Positions 19,477-29,406 of a stretch of DNA of 64,000 bases are shown in pieces. The notes under the pieces are model-generated. The model saw only the letters and a program-made list of their open reading frames with translations. It had not been told where the DNA came from and made no database searches. The first letter of the stretch is position 1, and every line of letters begins with the position of its first letter. A program made the position numbers and the translations under genes. The stretch comes from an uncultured Bacteriovoracaceae bacterium (lineage in GTDB: Bacteria > Bdellovibrionota > Bacteriovoracia > Bacteriovoracales > Bacteriovoracaceae): NCBI GenBank assembly GCA_964012805.1, contig CAXGUD010000006.1:64001-128000 (forward strand). The letters run 5' to 3'.

Positions 19477-21249
19477 TTAATTCTTTTTAATAAGAAAATT
19501 ATCAATAACCAAGTAGTCTAAATCCGTAGTAAGAAACGTTGTTAAGGCATCTTCTATAGAGTGAATAATAGGCCGTCCCATAACGTTAAGACTCGTGTTT
19601 ACCAAAATAGGTACTTTTGTTATTTGATAAAAATCTGAAATCAATTGGTGGTAAAGGGGATTTAACTCTTTATGCACAGATTGAAGCCTTCCACTTCCAT
19701 CTTTATGGACAACAGCTGGTACCAGTGACCTAACACTTTCTTTAAAGAAAAGGGCCTTTTCCATATAGGGGGTTTTAACATAATTTTTAAAATAATCTTG
19801 CCCAAATTCATGAAGAATCGAGGGGGCTATAGGCCTATAAAACTCTCTTCCTTTAATTCGTGAGTTAATTTTTTCCTTCATTTCTTTCTTTCTAGGATCC
19901 GCCAGTATGGAACGGTTTCCAAGGGCCCTTGGCCCAAATTCCGCCCTTCCCTGAACCCATCCTAAAATTTTTCCATTGGCCAAAAGGGTGGCCACCTTTT
20001 TAGTGAGTAAGTTTTTATTATCAAATTCTTGAAAATTAACTCCTCTGTAGTCTAAAATTTTTTTAAGGTAATCTATGTCTGGTTCGGACCCTAAATAGGG
20101 CGAGGAACCAAGAACTGGCCACTTTAAAGACCTTTTCATTTTATTAATATGATACTTTTGGTATAAAAGGGCACCCAAAGAGTTTCCATCATCACCTGGG
20201 GCAGAAGGTATGTGAATTTGATCAAACCCAGCCTCTTCCAAGATTCTTCCATTTGTTAAAGAATTAAGTGCGCAACCGCCTCCATAGGCTAGGTTCTTTT
20301 CACCAGTTTTCACTTGTAATTGGTTGGCCAATTCGATCACAGTATCTGAGAAGGCCTTTTGAAAGTTATAAGCAAGATCAGCGGATTTCAAAACGTCCTT
20401 ATCCGCCGGTTTTCTAAATCCGCCTACTATTTTATTGAGTTTTGCTTTGTCTCTAGGGCCAAAATTTGTTCTAAGTTTAATTCCCTTAACTTTCATTTTT
20501 TCTTTAAAAAAATAATAAATTTCTTGATTGAATTTTCCATAAGCACTGAGCCCCATAACTTTCCACTCTTCTCCATGCAGGCAGGAAAAACCGCAGCATT
20601 CTGTGACGGCCGCATAAAGATAACCCAAACTTGCCCTGCTTTTATAAATGAGTTTGAAGTTATTATTTTTAAAATGATAAAAAGAACAGGATATTTCTTC
20701 TCCTGCTCCATCGAGTATCATGACGGCACATTGATTAAAGGTGGATGTATAAACGGCATTGGCAGCATGGGTAAGGTGATGGGTTGTTTTTTTGTGAGAA
20801 ACTTTATGAAGATAATCCCCCCATAAAAACTTTCTTAATTGAAAAAGAACGACCGGTAAACCTTTTAAATACCAAGTTTGAGAATATCTTGCTAGGGCCG
20901 TAAATGACTGGCAATCATCAAATAAAAAAGGTCTTTTTTTATTAAAAAAGGCAACTCTTCTATAAATTGAGTTAAAAATTTTGGCAAGGCCTCTTATATA
21001 GAAGGGAGGTTTCCAGGTAGTTCTTAAGGTAAGTTCAACTGGATTTTCAATAGGAATTCCTCTTTCTTTTAAAGTTTTTTTTAGCCCTTTTAATGAATGG
21101 AGGTCTCCTACAGAAAAAAGAGACCGCTTATTTTGGGAAAGCCTTTCAAGTCCTTCAGCATAGATTTTATCTTTGTAGCAAACCGCTAAAGATGGGTCAT
21201 GAAAAGTATTGCTATGACCTATAATTACCTTATTAATTTCATATTTCAT
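19477..21249 (-). CDS. carbamoyltransferase (NodU/CmcH/TobZ family)
   Basis: FHDPS, HHLTHA, DGAGE, KVMGLSAYG, GGCALN, GDDG, EFGPRALGNRS, HKDGSGRLQ, NTSLN. Confidence 0.93.
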   Translation of the reverse strand: MKYEINKVIIGHSNTFHDPSLAVCYKDKIYAEGLERLSQNKRSLFSVGDLHSLKGLKKTLKERGIPIENPVELTLRTTWKPPFYIRGLAKIFNSIYRRVAFFNKKRPFLFDDCQSFTALARYSQTWYLKGLPVVLFQLRKFLWGDYLHKVSHKKTTHHLTHAANAVYTSTFNQCAVMILDGAGEEISCSFYHFKNNNFKLIYKSRASLGYLYAAVTECCGFSCLHGEEWKVMGLSAYGKFNQEIYYFFKEKMKVKGIKLRTNFGPRDKAKLNKIVGGFRKPADKDVLKSADLAYNFQKAFSDTVIELANQLQVKTGEKNLAYGGGCALNSLTNGRILEEAGFDQIHIPSAPGDDGNSLGALLYQKYHINKMKRSLKWPVLGSSPYLGSEPDIDYLKKILDYRGVNFQEFDNKNLLTKKVATLLANGKILGWVQGRAEFGPRALGNRSILADPRKKEMKEKINSRIKGREFYRPIAPSILHEFGQDYFKNYVKTPYMEKALFFKESVRSLVPAVVHKDGSGRLQSVHKELNPLYHQLISDFYQITKVPILVNTSLNVMGRPIIHSIEDALTTFLTTDLDYLVIDNFLIKKN

Positions 21250-21338
21250 AAAATGGAGTCCCTTTAAAATTTTAAGATTTATCGGTAAGATTAAATTTTT
21301 AATCTTTGAAAAGAAGAATTTAAAAAAGGAATGGAAAA

Positions 21339-21596
21339 ATGGTGATTATCGGAAAAATATTCCTGTCAATCTTATGGGCAGTTTCTTTTACTTTTGTTTT
21401 AACCAATCTTTCAATTAATTTTTCTCCTTTTTTAAATGAAAACCTTGCTTCTTTACTTGTCATTTTTTTTATTATTCACCTAATTCAGTACTTTATTTTC
21501 GTTAAAAAACTAAGAAGGGAGCCTTTTAGGGGATACCATTTCTTTCAAATCTTATTTTTTGGAATGGTTCACGTAAGAGGATATAAAAAAGAATAG
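21339..21596 (+). CDS. small membrane protein (DUF1145-like)
   Basis: GKIFLSILW...IHLIQ...QILFFG pattern; 2-3 TM segments. Confidence 0.55.
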   Translation: MVIIGKIFLSILWAVSFTFVLTNLSINFSPFLNENLASLLVIFFIIHLIQYFIFVKKLRREPFRGYHFFQILFFGMVHVRGYKKE

Positions 21597-21707
21597 ATAT
21601 CAAAACCTACTAGAATTTTTTGCCTCTAATCTTTTATTTTTATCAATTAAAAAAAGTTAAAACTATTTTTTGCCGACCCTTTTCTAAATAGCAATCAAAG
21701 GAAAGTT

Positions 21708-22754
21708 ATGAAAATCGAAGCTGTGGCTTTGTCACTTCCTGAGCGGCAAATCTCTAATGATGATATCCTAGATTATATAAGAGAAAAAAGTAAAAACTCT
21801 TATAAGGGAGATTTAGAAAAATCTCTTCGGGAGGTAAAGTTTTTTCTTGGTCTTTGTGGTGCCCAAAATAGAAGGTGGGCGGCTCCCGGAGAAAACACGT
21901 TTAAAAAGCATACCGAAAAAGCCATTTTAGAGGTTTTAGAAAAGAGCAATACTCATCCGGAAGAAATTGATCTTCTGATTTATTCAAGTGTTGATAGGAA
22001 AGTTGCAGAGCCAAACGAAAGCTATCTACTAGCAAAAGCTTTAGGTTTGAAGAAAACCGAATGTTTTGACATTTTAGAAGCCTGTAATAGTTGGTCCAGG
22101 GCCACTCAAATTTCTCAAAGTTTATTAAAATCACCAGATTATAGAAAAGTCTTAGTTGTGACTGCTGAATACATGATTCATGAAGGAATGTGGGGACAGA
22201 ATGCCTTTCACGTAAAGTCTCCAGAAGAATTTGAATGGAAGTTCCCATCATATACATTAGGGGAAGGATCAACAGCCACTCTTCTCTCAAATGAAGGTGA
22301 AGATTGGAATTATAAATTCTTGGGAATGCCTGAGCATGCTGATTTGTGTATATGCCCTCTCGAAAATTTTAATGAACAAGAAACAAATATGAATGGTGTA
22401 AGTGTTGCTATGAATGGGAAAGGGGTATTTACTTCTTTTGGTAGAAAAATGGAGGTCCCAGGTAAAAAGGCCCTCATTGATATTTTAGATTCTTCAGCTG
22501 TTCCCCTCAAAGATATTGATATAATTTTCCCTCATTCTCACGCTAAAAAGGTTTGGAGTGATATTTCAAAGGAAGAAGAGTTAAATCTTCCGTTGTATTT
22601 TATTTTTCCAGAAACAGGAAACCTTGTGACAGGTTCAATTCCTGGAGCCATGAGTATGGCAATTGAGGAAAATGCGTTGAAAAGAAAAGACCTTGTAGCA
22701 GGCTGGATGGCCGCTGCCGGTATGTCCTTCTCTATGTACACTTTTAATTATTAA
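21708..22754 (+). CDS. 3-oxoacyl-ACP synthase III / OleA-like condensing enzyme
   Basis: Catalytic C126 (EACNS), H276 (FPHS), N305 (TGNL); SVDRKVAEP carries E101 at an OleA-like position; YTLGEG. Confidence 0.88.
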   Translation: MKIEAVALSLPERQISNDDILDYIREKSKNSYKGDLEKSLREVKFFLGLCGAQNRRWAAPGENTFKKHTEKAILEVLEKSNTHPEEIDLLIYSSVDRKVAEPNESYLLAKALGLKKTECFDILEACNSWSRATQISQSLLKSPDYRKVLVVTAEYMIHEGMWGQNAFHVKSPEEFEWKFPSYTLGEGSTATLLSNEGEDWNYKFLGMPEHADLCICPLENFNEQETNMNGVSVAMNGKGVFTSFGRKMEVPGKKALIDILDSSAVPLKDIDIIFPHSHAKKVWSDISKEEELNLPLYFIFPETGNLVTGSIPGAMSMAIEENALKRKDLVAGWMAAAGMSFSMYTFNY

Positions 22755-22770
22755 CGATTAAGGGCTTGAA

Positions 22771-24117
22771 TTGGAAAATATAAACCTTGTAAAAATAAGA
22801 CCCTTTTGGAAAACAAGATCATCTATAAATGATCCTTTGTCTTTTTTTGAGGAAATTGATAAAAAAGGCGAGTTTTGTCATTATAAAGGGTTCCTCTCTT
22901 TTACCTATGTGGGTAATCCAAAATTAGTTAAACAGGTGCTGGATAAAACGGGAACTAATTATAATAAAGAAAACCCTCTTTATGACAGATTTAGATTCAT
23001 ACTAGGTCAGGGGATGCTAACGAGTGAGGGGAAAAATTGGAGGGATCAGAAAAAGTCTTTTTCTCCTTTCTTTTCCAAAAATAATATTAGTAAATTTCTT
23101 CCTATAATTTTTAGAAATATGTCCCAAACATTAGATATTTGGAACAAATATGCAGAAAAAGAGGTTGCTCTTAACCTTTCTGAAGAGTTCTTTAACCTAA
23201 CACTTAAAATTATAGGTGAAATTATTTTAAGCGATGACTTAAAAGAACATCTTCTGGAAATAAGAAAGATAACAAAAGTTTTTAATGAGTATGTTGCCTC
23301 TCCTCCCATTCCTATTTTTTCTTCATCAAAAATCCCAACTCCCCTTAATTTGAAAGTTAAAAAAGCGAGGGACGGTTTTATAGATATTTTAAAAAAAATT
23401 ATTGAAAAAAGAATGTCAACTAAACAGAAAAGAGAAGACCTCTTACAAATAATACTTGATAAGAACCCAGATAAAATTACTCCTTTAATTCTTGATCAAA
23501 TACTAAGCCTTATTATTGCTGGTCATGAAACGACTTCAAATGCACTTGTTTGGACTTTTTTTCACCTCTCCAAAAACACCTCTGAAAAAGATAAAATTCA
23601 AAAACTTTTAGATAGAGAGATTAAAGGTCTTTTTCCTTCTTTTAAAGAATTAGAACTCTTAGATTACTTAAGGCAAATTATAAATGAGTCTCTTAGACTA
23701 TCACCGCCCGTATGGCTTATAACGAGAAAGTCGATAAAAGAAAATATTTTAGGTGGACACAAAATTAAGCCTGGTCAAATGATTGTTTTTTCGCCCTACT
23801 TTATTCACAGAAATGAAAAGTATTGGAAAAATGCTGCTGATTTTAGACCTGATCGTTTTGATAAAAATAAAAAAATAGAAAAAGATGCTTTCTTGCCTTT
23901 TGGCTTAGGCCCACACACTTGTATAGGCTCAAATCTTTCTATGATGCAAATGAGTCTTTTTTTAAGTGTCTTATTAAAGTCATTTGACTGGTCTTGTATA
24001 GGATCTTTCCCAAAACCCTTTCTATCCTTCACAATGGGTGTGAAAGATGGACCTATGGTTATTTTAAAAAAGAGAAAAAGAGTAAAAAGTGTTTTTCCTG
24101 AAAAAATAACAATTTAA
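22771..24117 (+). CDS. cytochrome P450
   Basis: AGHETT, ESLR (ExxR), FRPDRF, FGLGPHTCIG (heme C384). Confidence 0.96.
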   Translation: MENINLVKIRPFWKTRSSINDPLSFFEEIDKKGEFCHYKGFLSFTYVGNPKLVKQVLDKTGTNYNKENPLYDRFRFILGQGMLTSEGKNWRDQKKSFSPFFSKNNISKFLPIIFRNMSQTLDIWNKYAEKEVALNLSEEFFNLTLKIIGEIILSDDLKEHLLEIRKITKVFNEYVASPPIPIFSSSKIPTPLNLKVKKARDGFIDILKKIIEKRMSTKQKREDLLQIILDKNPDKITPLILDQILSLIIAGHETTSNALVWTFFHLSKNTSEKDKIQKLLDREIKGLFPSFKELELLDYLRQIINESLRLSPPVWLITRKSIKENILGGHKIKPGQMIVFSPYFIHRNEKYWKNAADFRPDRFDKNKKIEKDAFLPFGLGPHTCIGSNLSMMQMSLFLSVLLKSFDWSCIGSFPKPFLSFTMGVKDGPMVILKKRKRVKSVFPEKITI

Positions 24118-24133
24118 CGGAGCTATAAGTTAA

Positions 24134-25270
24134 ATGAAAAAAGACTTGATTAAAAATACCTGGAATCTTTTTTTAATTTTAATGAACCCTAAAAGATTAT
24201 CTTTTAATGGAATGCCAACGGCGTATCCTAAAACAAGTAAATGGAACCTTTTTCAATGGTGGGCCTGCTTTTTAACAAGGCATTATTTTGGTAAAAATTT
24301 GTTAATTAAAACTCAGAAAAAAGTTGAAAACAAAATCCTTAAGGATTATAAAAAGCATGGTAAACCAAAAGGGTATATTACACCACCTCGTTTTAAAGCA
24401 AGCGAAATTGATTCAGAAAAATTCAAAGAGATTGCCATTAAGACAAATTCACCAGTTATTATTGAGGGTTTTGCAAAAGATTGGGATTGTACAAAAAAAT
24501 GGTCACCTCAGTTTTTAAAGGAAAACTATAAAGATGAAGTCGTCCCTGTTAGGCGTGAAAGTGACAGACTAGATTCTGAAGGCTATATTTATGTTAATAG
24601 GACTTTAAGTGAGCTAGTTGACAACATTGAAAGTGGAGGTGTTCTTCAGGGGACTCTCTTAGAAAATATTTTCAATAATAATCCTGAACTTAGAGAAGAT
24701 CTTAATATCCCTAAGATTGAAGAGTATTGTTGTCTTACAAAAAGACAAGAGCTTCAATCAACTCAATTATTTATTACTGGTAAAAATGGTAGAACTGGTC
24801 TCCATTGTGCTTCAGGAATCAACTTTTTTATTAATGTTTATGGCCATAAAAAGTGGACCTTTGTTCACCCTCACCATACGATAGGGTGTTATCCAGACGT
24901 TAGAGAAGATATGTTTTATTCAAATAGCGCACTTGATTATTGGAAGTCTGACGAAGAACTGGAAAAGGAGGGATATACCCTTTGGCCTTATATTCCAAAA
25001 TATAAATTTACGCTTTCCCCAGGCGACGTTGTCCTGTCACCACAGTGGTGGTGGCATGCTGTCGACAATGAAGACACAACCATAGCTGTTGCCAACAGAA
25101 CTTTTAATAAACTATTAATGGGTAATAAAATTTTTGCTTTTTTAAACTTTTTCTCACCGACCTCTTTAAGATGTTATTATCGTTTTTTAAAAACTGGGTG
25201 GGGATCTGATGATTCAATAATTGAAGTTTGTGAACATAATGGAAGAGAAGCAGTAGGAAAAGGAAAATAA
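24134..25270 (+). CDS. JmjC/cupin_8 Fe(II)/2-oxoglutarate enzyme with H-x-A iron motif
   Basis: PVIIEG...DW...KWS; TGLHCASGINFF (H224, A226, N230), GHKKW (K239), LSPGD..LSPQWWWHAV (H308). Confidence 0.88.
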   Translation: MKKDLIKNTWNLFLILMNPKRLSFNGMPTAYPKTSKWNLFQWWACFLTRHYFGKNLLIKTQKKVENKILKDYKKHGKPKGYITPPRFKASEIDSEKFKEIAIKTNSPVIIEGFAKDWDCTKKWSPQFLKENYKDEVVPVRRESDRLDSEGYIYVNRTLSELVDNIESGGVLQGTLLENIFNNNPELREDLNIPKIEEYCCLTKRQELQSTQLFITGKNGRTGLHCASGINFFINVYGHKKWTFVHPHHTIGCYPDVREDMFYSNSALDYWKSDEELEKEGYTLWPYIPKYKFTLSPGDVVLSPQWWWHAVDNEDTTIAVANRTFNKLLMGNKIFAFLNFFSPTSLRCYYRFLKTGWGSDDSIIEVCEHNGREAVGKGK

Positions 25271-25301
25271 ATAGGAATTACTAATCAACAAGGAAGTCTA
25301 C

Positions 25302-26114
25302 ATGGTATTAAAAAATTTAATGAAGGTGTCTCTATTAAGTTTTACATTAACCTCAAGTCTTTATGGGGCTATGAGTGACTTTAAAAATAAGTCAGGAAAA
25401 CAGATCGCTGAAATGTTAGAGAAAAAAAACCTAGTTTATAAAACAGAAACTTATGATTTAGAATTGAAATATTATCACGATGATAATAATCCTTTTAAAA
25501 TAGTAAAAGGAAAGGCCATTACACAAGAAACTGCCGGTGGAAAAGGTCAAGGAAAGGCCATGGTTACTTTAAATGACAAAACGAAAGTTTATGTTGAAAC
25601 TAGAAACGGTAAAGAAGATATTCACATGATTAAATTTCCGGGATCAAAAAGAAGTGTTTCTTTTTCTTGGAAAAATAGTAATTTTAGTAAATCTTCTAAA
25701 TTCTTAGGAAGTGAAGCGAGTGTTGAAGATCTTACTTGTCATATCCTATCAAATTATAAACACAAATTTAGAAAGTTTTCTCAGGGTGGAAAAGTGGCGA
25801 TCCTGGAATTTACTCCAAAAAGGAAAAGCTACTACACATCAAAAGTTTACTACATTGATACAGACAAGTTTGTTCCTATTGAAATTATTTACTATAAAGG
25901 AAGTACAAAGCTTAAATCAATGGCCGTAAAGGAATACAAAAAATATAAAGTTCCAGGAAGTAGTAAAACGGTATACCGCCCTCATAGATTAGAAATGAAA
26001 AATAATGAGTATCTAAGGAAAAACAAAAAAACACTAGAAACCCATATGGTTATTTCTAATAGAGTACTTAATGGAAAAGTGAACTCTTCAGACCTAAACC
26101 CTAATAAAATGTAA
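25302..26114 (+). CDS. outer-membrane lipoprotein-sorting protein (LolA-like)
   Basis: Signal peptide, FLGSEASVEDL motif, position directly before an MMPL gene (typical pairing). Confidence 0.75.
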   Translation: MVLKNLMKVSLLSFTLTSSLYGAMSDFKNKSGKQIAEMLEKKNLVYKTETYDLELKYYHDDNNPFKIVKGKAITQETAGGKGQGKAMVTLNDKTKVYVETRNGKEDIHMIKFPGSKRSVSFSWKNSNFSKSSKFLGSEASVEDLTCHILSNYKHKFRKFSQGGKVAILEFTPKRKSYYTSKVYYIDTDKFVPIEIIYYKGSTKLKSMAVKEYKKYKVPGSSKTVYRPHRLEMKNNEYLRKNKKTLETHMVISNRVLNGKVNSSDLNPNKM

Positions 26115-26123
26115 AAAGATTAA

Positions 26124-28427
26124 ATGGTAAAGTGGGGAGTATGGATGAAGAATTTCAATATCTTTAAAATACTCCCTACCTTTCTTATAAAATCAAATAA
26201 AATTTTATTTACTTTTTCCCTCCTAACCGTTTTTATTTTCAGTTTAGGGGTTTTTTCATTAAAAAAAGACATTTCTCATCGTATCTGGTTTAAAAAGGGA
26301 GACCCCTTTTTAAATAAATATGACTCCTTTATTGAAAATTATGGAAATGATGACCTCTTAGTTATTATTTTAGAAAATGAAAAAGGTCTTTTTACACCAA
26401 GTTATGCTAAAGAATTGTATCTTCTTACAAAAAAATTAGAAAATGTCCCTCTTGTTCTAAGAGCGGAGTCAATGGCCAACGTTTTGTTTTCCACCCATAG
26501 ACCTCTAGATCATTCTAATTATAAATCCTCTCATATTCATTTTGATCATTTCTTTCCAGACCTAAAGTCTTTAGACAGCGCCTTTTTGGAAGAACGTAAA
26601 AAGAAACTAAATATTGTTAAAAATTTCAGGGACTTTTATTTAAGCTCAAACTTTAAAACCTCCATCATTTATTTATATTTAAAGAAGGTTAACCCTCCCG
26701 ATTACCAACTGACATTAAAAAAAACAAAGGAAATTCTTAAAGCGACTCTATCGAAAGAAACACGTTTTTTTATGACGGGAAATTCTGTTTTGGCCGAAGC
26801 TTATAAAAAAGCTCCCGTTGATGATATGAAACTAATTATGCCTCTCGGCCTTTTTATCCTTATTACTTTACTTTTTTTTATATTTAGAAATTTCCTCGGC
26901 GTTTTCATACCGCTAGGCCACTTATTTCTTTTAATTTTTGCCCTTTTAGGAATTCAGGGGCATTTAAAAATGACTATGAACAGTGTGACTTCCATGGCCC
27001 CACTTATTTTGATGGCCATAGGTTTGCTTGATTCTATTCATCTCTTAACCACTTATTACAAATCAAGGATGAAAAAAAGTCGTCTTTGGGCCCTTTTGTG
27101 CGCTATTAAAATTAATATTTTCCCAACTTTTTTAACGTCATTTACTACCGCCATAGGTTTTTTTGCTCTTTCAACATCTAAAATAGCGCCTATATCAAAT
27201 TTGGGAACAATATGTGGCATAGGAGTTTTATTGGCGTGGCCTTTAACTTATTTTTTTATTCCTTTTGTTTTACTTAAATTCTCAAAAAAATCTAAACCAA
27301 AAAACATTATTCCTTTTAAGGCCAAGCTTTTCCTTCATTTAATTAAAAACAAGAAAAAAATTTTTTTATCGAGTTCTTTCATTCTTATCCTTTTGGGGGG
27401 GGGCTTTGCTTTTCAAAATGAAGTTAATTCGGATTTTGAAAATTATTTCCCAGAGAAAACCCCTTTTAGAGTGGCCAATCAAAAATTGGAAAAAAACATT
27501 GGTGGATCTTCAACAATCCATCTTCTTATTCAAAACGAAGATGTTAGAAATCCTAAATTTTTAAAAAAAATTGAAGATTTAACTTTAAAATTAGAAGATT
27601 TGAAAGGGGTAACAAAAGTTTTTTCACTTCTAGATATAATCAAAAATTCAAGACAACTTCTTTTTGAAAATGACGAAAAATATAACTCCCTTCCACCTGA
27701 TAAAGAGCAAATTAAGGAATCCCTCTTTTTTTATCAATTATATGAAATGGAAGGCAAAGAACTATACCGGTATGCTAAAAGAGATTTTAGTGAGATGAAA
27801 ATCACTCTCTTTTGGAAAGGTTTCAGCTCCAAAGAAATTAAAAGAGGGGTGAGAGAAATAGAGAAATTATTAAAATATTATAATTTAAAAGGGAGTCTTA
27901 ATGGTAAGGTCCTTTTTATGAAAGGCTTGGATTCTTATATATTAAAAACGTTTCTTATGTCCCTTATTTTAACTATAACTTGCCTTACCCTCTTAATGAT
28001 GATCCTTTTTAAATCATTTAGAATAGGTCTTTTTGCCATGGTTCCAAATGTCATTCCATTAACCTTAGGTGTGGCGGCTTTGGGTCTTTTTGGAAAAGGG
28101 CTTGATGTTTCTGCCGTTTTAATAGGCTCTATTAGCTTAGGTATTTCCGTGGATGACACCATCTTTTTCATGTCCCATTATTATAGAAAAACCAAAAAGT
28201 TCGAAAACCATTTGAAGGCGATCGAAGAAACGATTAAGGAAACAGGACACACGCTTTATATTACAACAATTACTTTAGCCTCTATAATTGGCCTTTTCAC
28301 TTTGGGTTCTTTTGGCCCCAATAAAGTCTTTGGTTTTATGACCTCCTTTATCCTTATTTGCGCCTTTCTTTTTGACTTAACACTACTTCCAATTCTTTTA
28401 TTAAAAAAAAGGGATTATCAGACGTAA
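26124..28427 (+). CDS. MMPL/RND family lipid exporter
   Basis: Two repeats of TM1, periplasmic domain and five TMs; AIGLLDSIH, TSFTTAIGF, GISVDDTIFF. Confidence 0.9.
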   Translation: MVKWGVWMKNFNIFKILPTFLIKSNKILFTFSLLTVFIFSLGVFSLKKDISHRIWFKKGDPFLNKYDSFIENYGNDDLLVIILENEKGLFTPSYAKELYLLTKKLENVPLVLRAESMANVLFSTHRPLDHSNYKSSHIHFDHFFPDLKSLDSAFLEERKKKLNIVKNFRDFYLSSNFKTSIIYLYLKKVNPPDYQLTLKKTKEILKATLSKETRFFMTGNSVLAEAYKKAPVDDMKLIMPLGLFILITLLFFIFRNFLGVFIPLGHLFLLIFALLGIQGHLKMTMNSVTSMAPLILMAIGLLDSIHLLTTYYKSRMKKSRLWALLCAIKINIFPTFLTSFTTAIGFFALSTSKIAPISNLGTICGIGVLLAWPLTYFFIPFVLLKFSKKSKPKNIIPFKAKLFLHLIKNKKKIFLSSSFILILLGGGFAFQNEVNSDFENYFPEKTPFRVANQKLEKNIGGSSTIHLLIQNEDVRNPKFLKKIEDLTLKLEDLKGVTKVFSLLDIIKNSRQLLFENDEKYNSLPPDKEQIKESLFFYQLYEMEGKELYRYAKRDFSEMKITLFWKGFSSKEIKRGVREIEKLLKYYNLKGSLNGKVLFMKGLDSYILKTFLMSLILTITCLTLLMMILFKSFRIGLFAMVPNVIPLTLGVAALGLFGKGLDVSAVLIGSISLGISVDDTIFFMSHYYRKTKKFENHLKAIEETIKETGHTLYITTITLASIIGLFTLGSFGPNKVFGFMTSFILICAFLFDLTLLPILLLKKRDYQT

Positions 28428-28803
28428 GATAATGTAAGGGAAAACATCTTAATGAGAAATGATTTTAACTTCTTGTTTAAGTTATCTAAAAATTTTTTGA
28501 TATTCAATTAATTGAAGAAAGGTTTACAAATTTAAATGAATCATTTGCAATTGGTTATAGGTGGATTGATTTTTCAAATACCTATAAGAAATCAAAGCTT
28601 TTAACTTCGCTCCATATATTTAATACAAACCCAAATATTTTTTGGACTATTTTAAACCAAAAAGCCGACTATATTAAGCTTTTAGCGTATGCAAATGGAT
28701 CCTACCGCTCTGTGAGAAAAGCCGAGAAAGTCGATGGTTAAAGAAAAAAAAGAATACAAAAATTTATTATTCAATTCAAAAAAAAAGTCTAGATTTTTAT
28801 ATA

Positions 28804-29184
28804 CTAGTCTAAAGCGTATTCTATTTTAAGTATGGCGTATTCTTTACCTTCAGCTTTGAGATTAGAACTTGAGGAGGTTATATTTTTTTTTGTAGGATCA
28901 AAGTTTTTGTTATCGTATTCATACATTGGCTTTTTATCCAAATCAAGGAATGAAACCTTTTTTATCCAGCATTTTTTATCTTTATCACAATTAGATTTAA
29001 AAATAGCTGATACACCATTTTTTAATTGATCTATATCTTCTGAATATAATGCGGTTCCTAATGAAGGTGTGTAACTTTCATTAACTGTTTCAATTAAGGC
29101 CTTTCTCTGCATTTTAATATTAGGGTCAGTAGAGTTGCAGCTTAAGCTTAAGATAAGGATCATTAGTAATGACCAAAGTTTCAT
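28804..29184 (-). CDS. hypothetical lipoprotein
   Basis: Lipobox LSLSC after a hydrophobic N-terminus. Confidence 0.65.
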   Translation of the reverse strand: MKLWSLLMILILSLSCNSTDPNIKMQRKALIETVNESYTPSLGTALYSEDIDQLKNGVSAIFKSNCDKDKKCWIKKVSFLDLDKKPMYEYDNKNFDPTKKNITSSSSNLKAEGKEYAILKIEYALD

Positions 29185-29406
29185 TTACTTTCCCTTCTCA
29201 AAAAATAATTCCTTAATTACTATAGAGGTTTGAGTTTATGAATTCAACAATTTTGATAAAATTCGTGGGTTATGAAAACTTACAACACTCCCTAGAAATA
29301 AATCTAGTTTTTTTTATTTTCCTTTAAATTAAAGATTTCTATTCCTAGACAATATGCCTTGAAATTAGAGAAGCTATTATAAAAAGAAATATTTGGGGAG
29401 GGGTAA

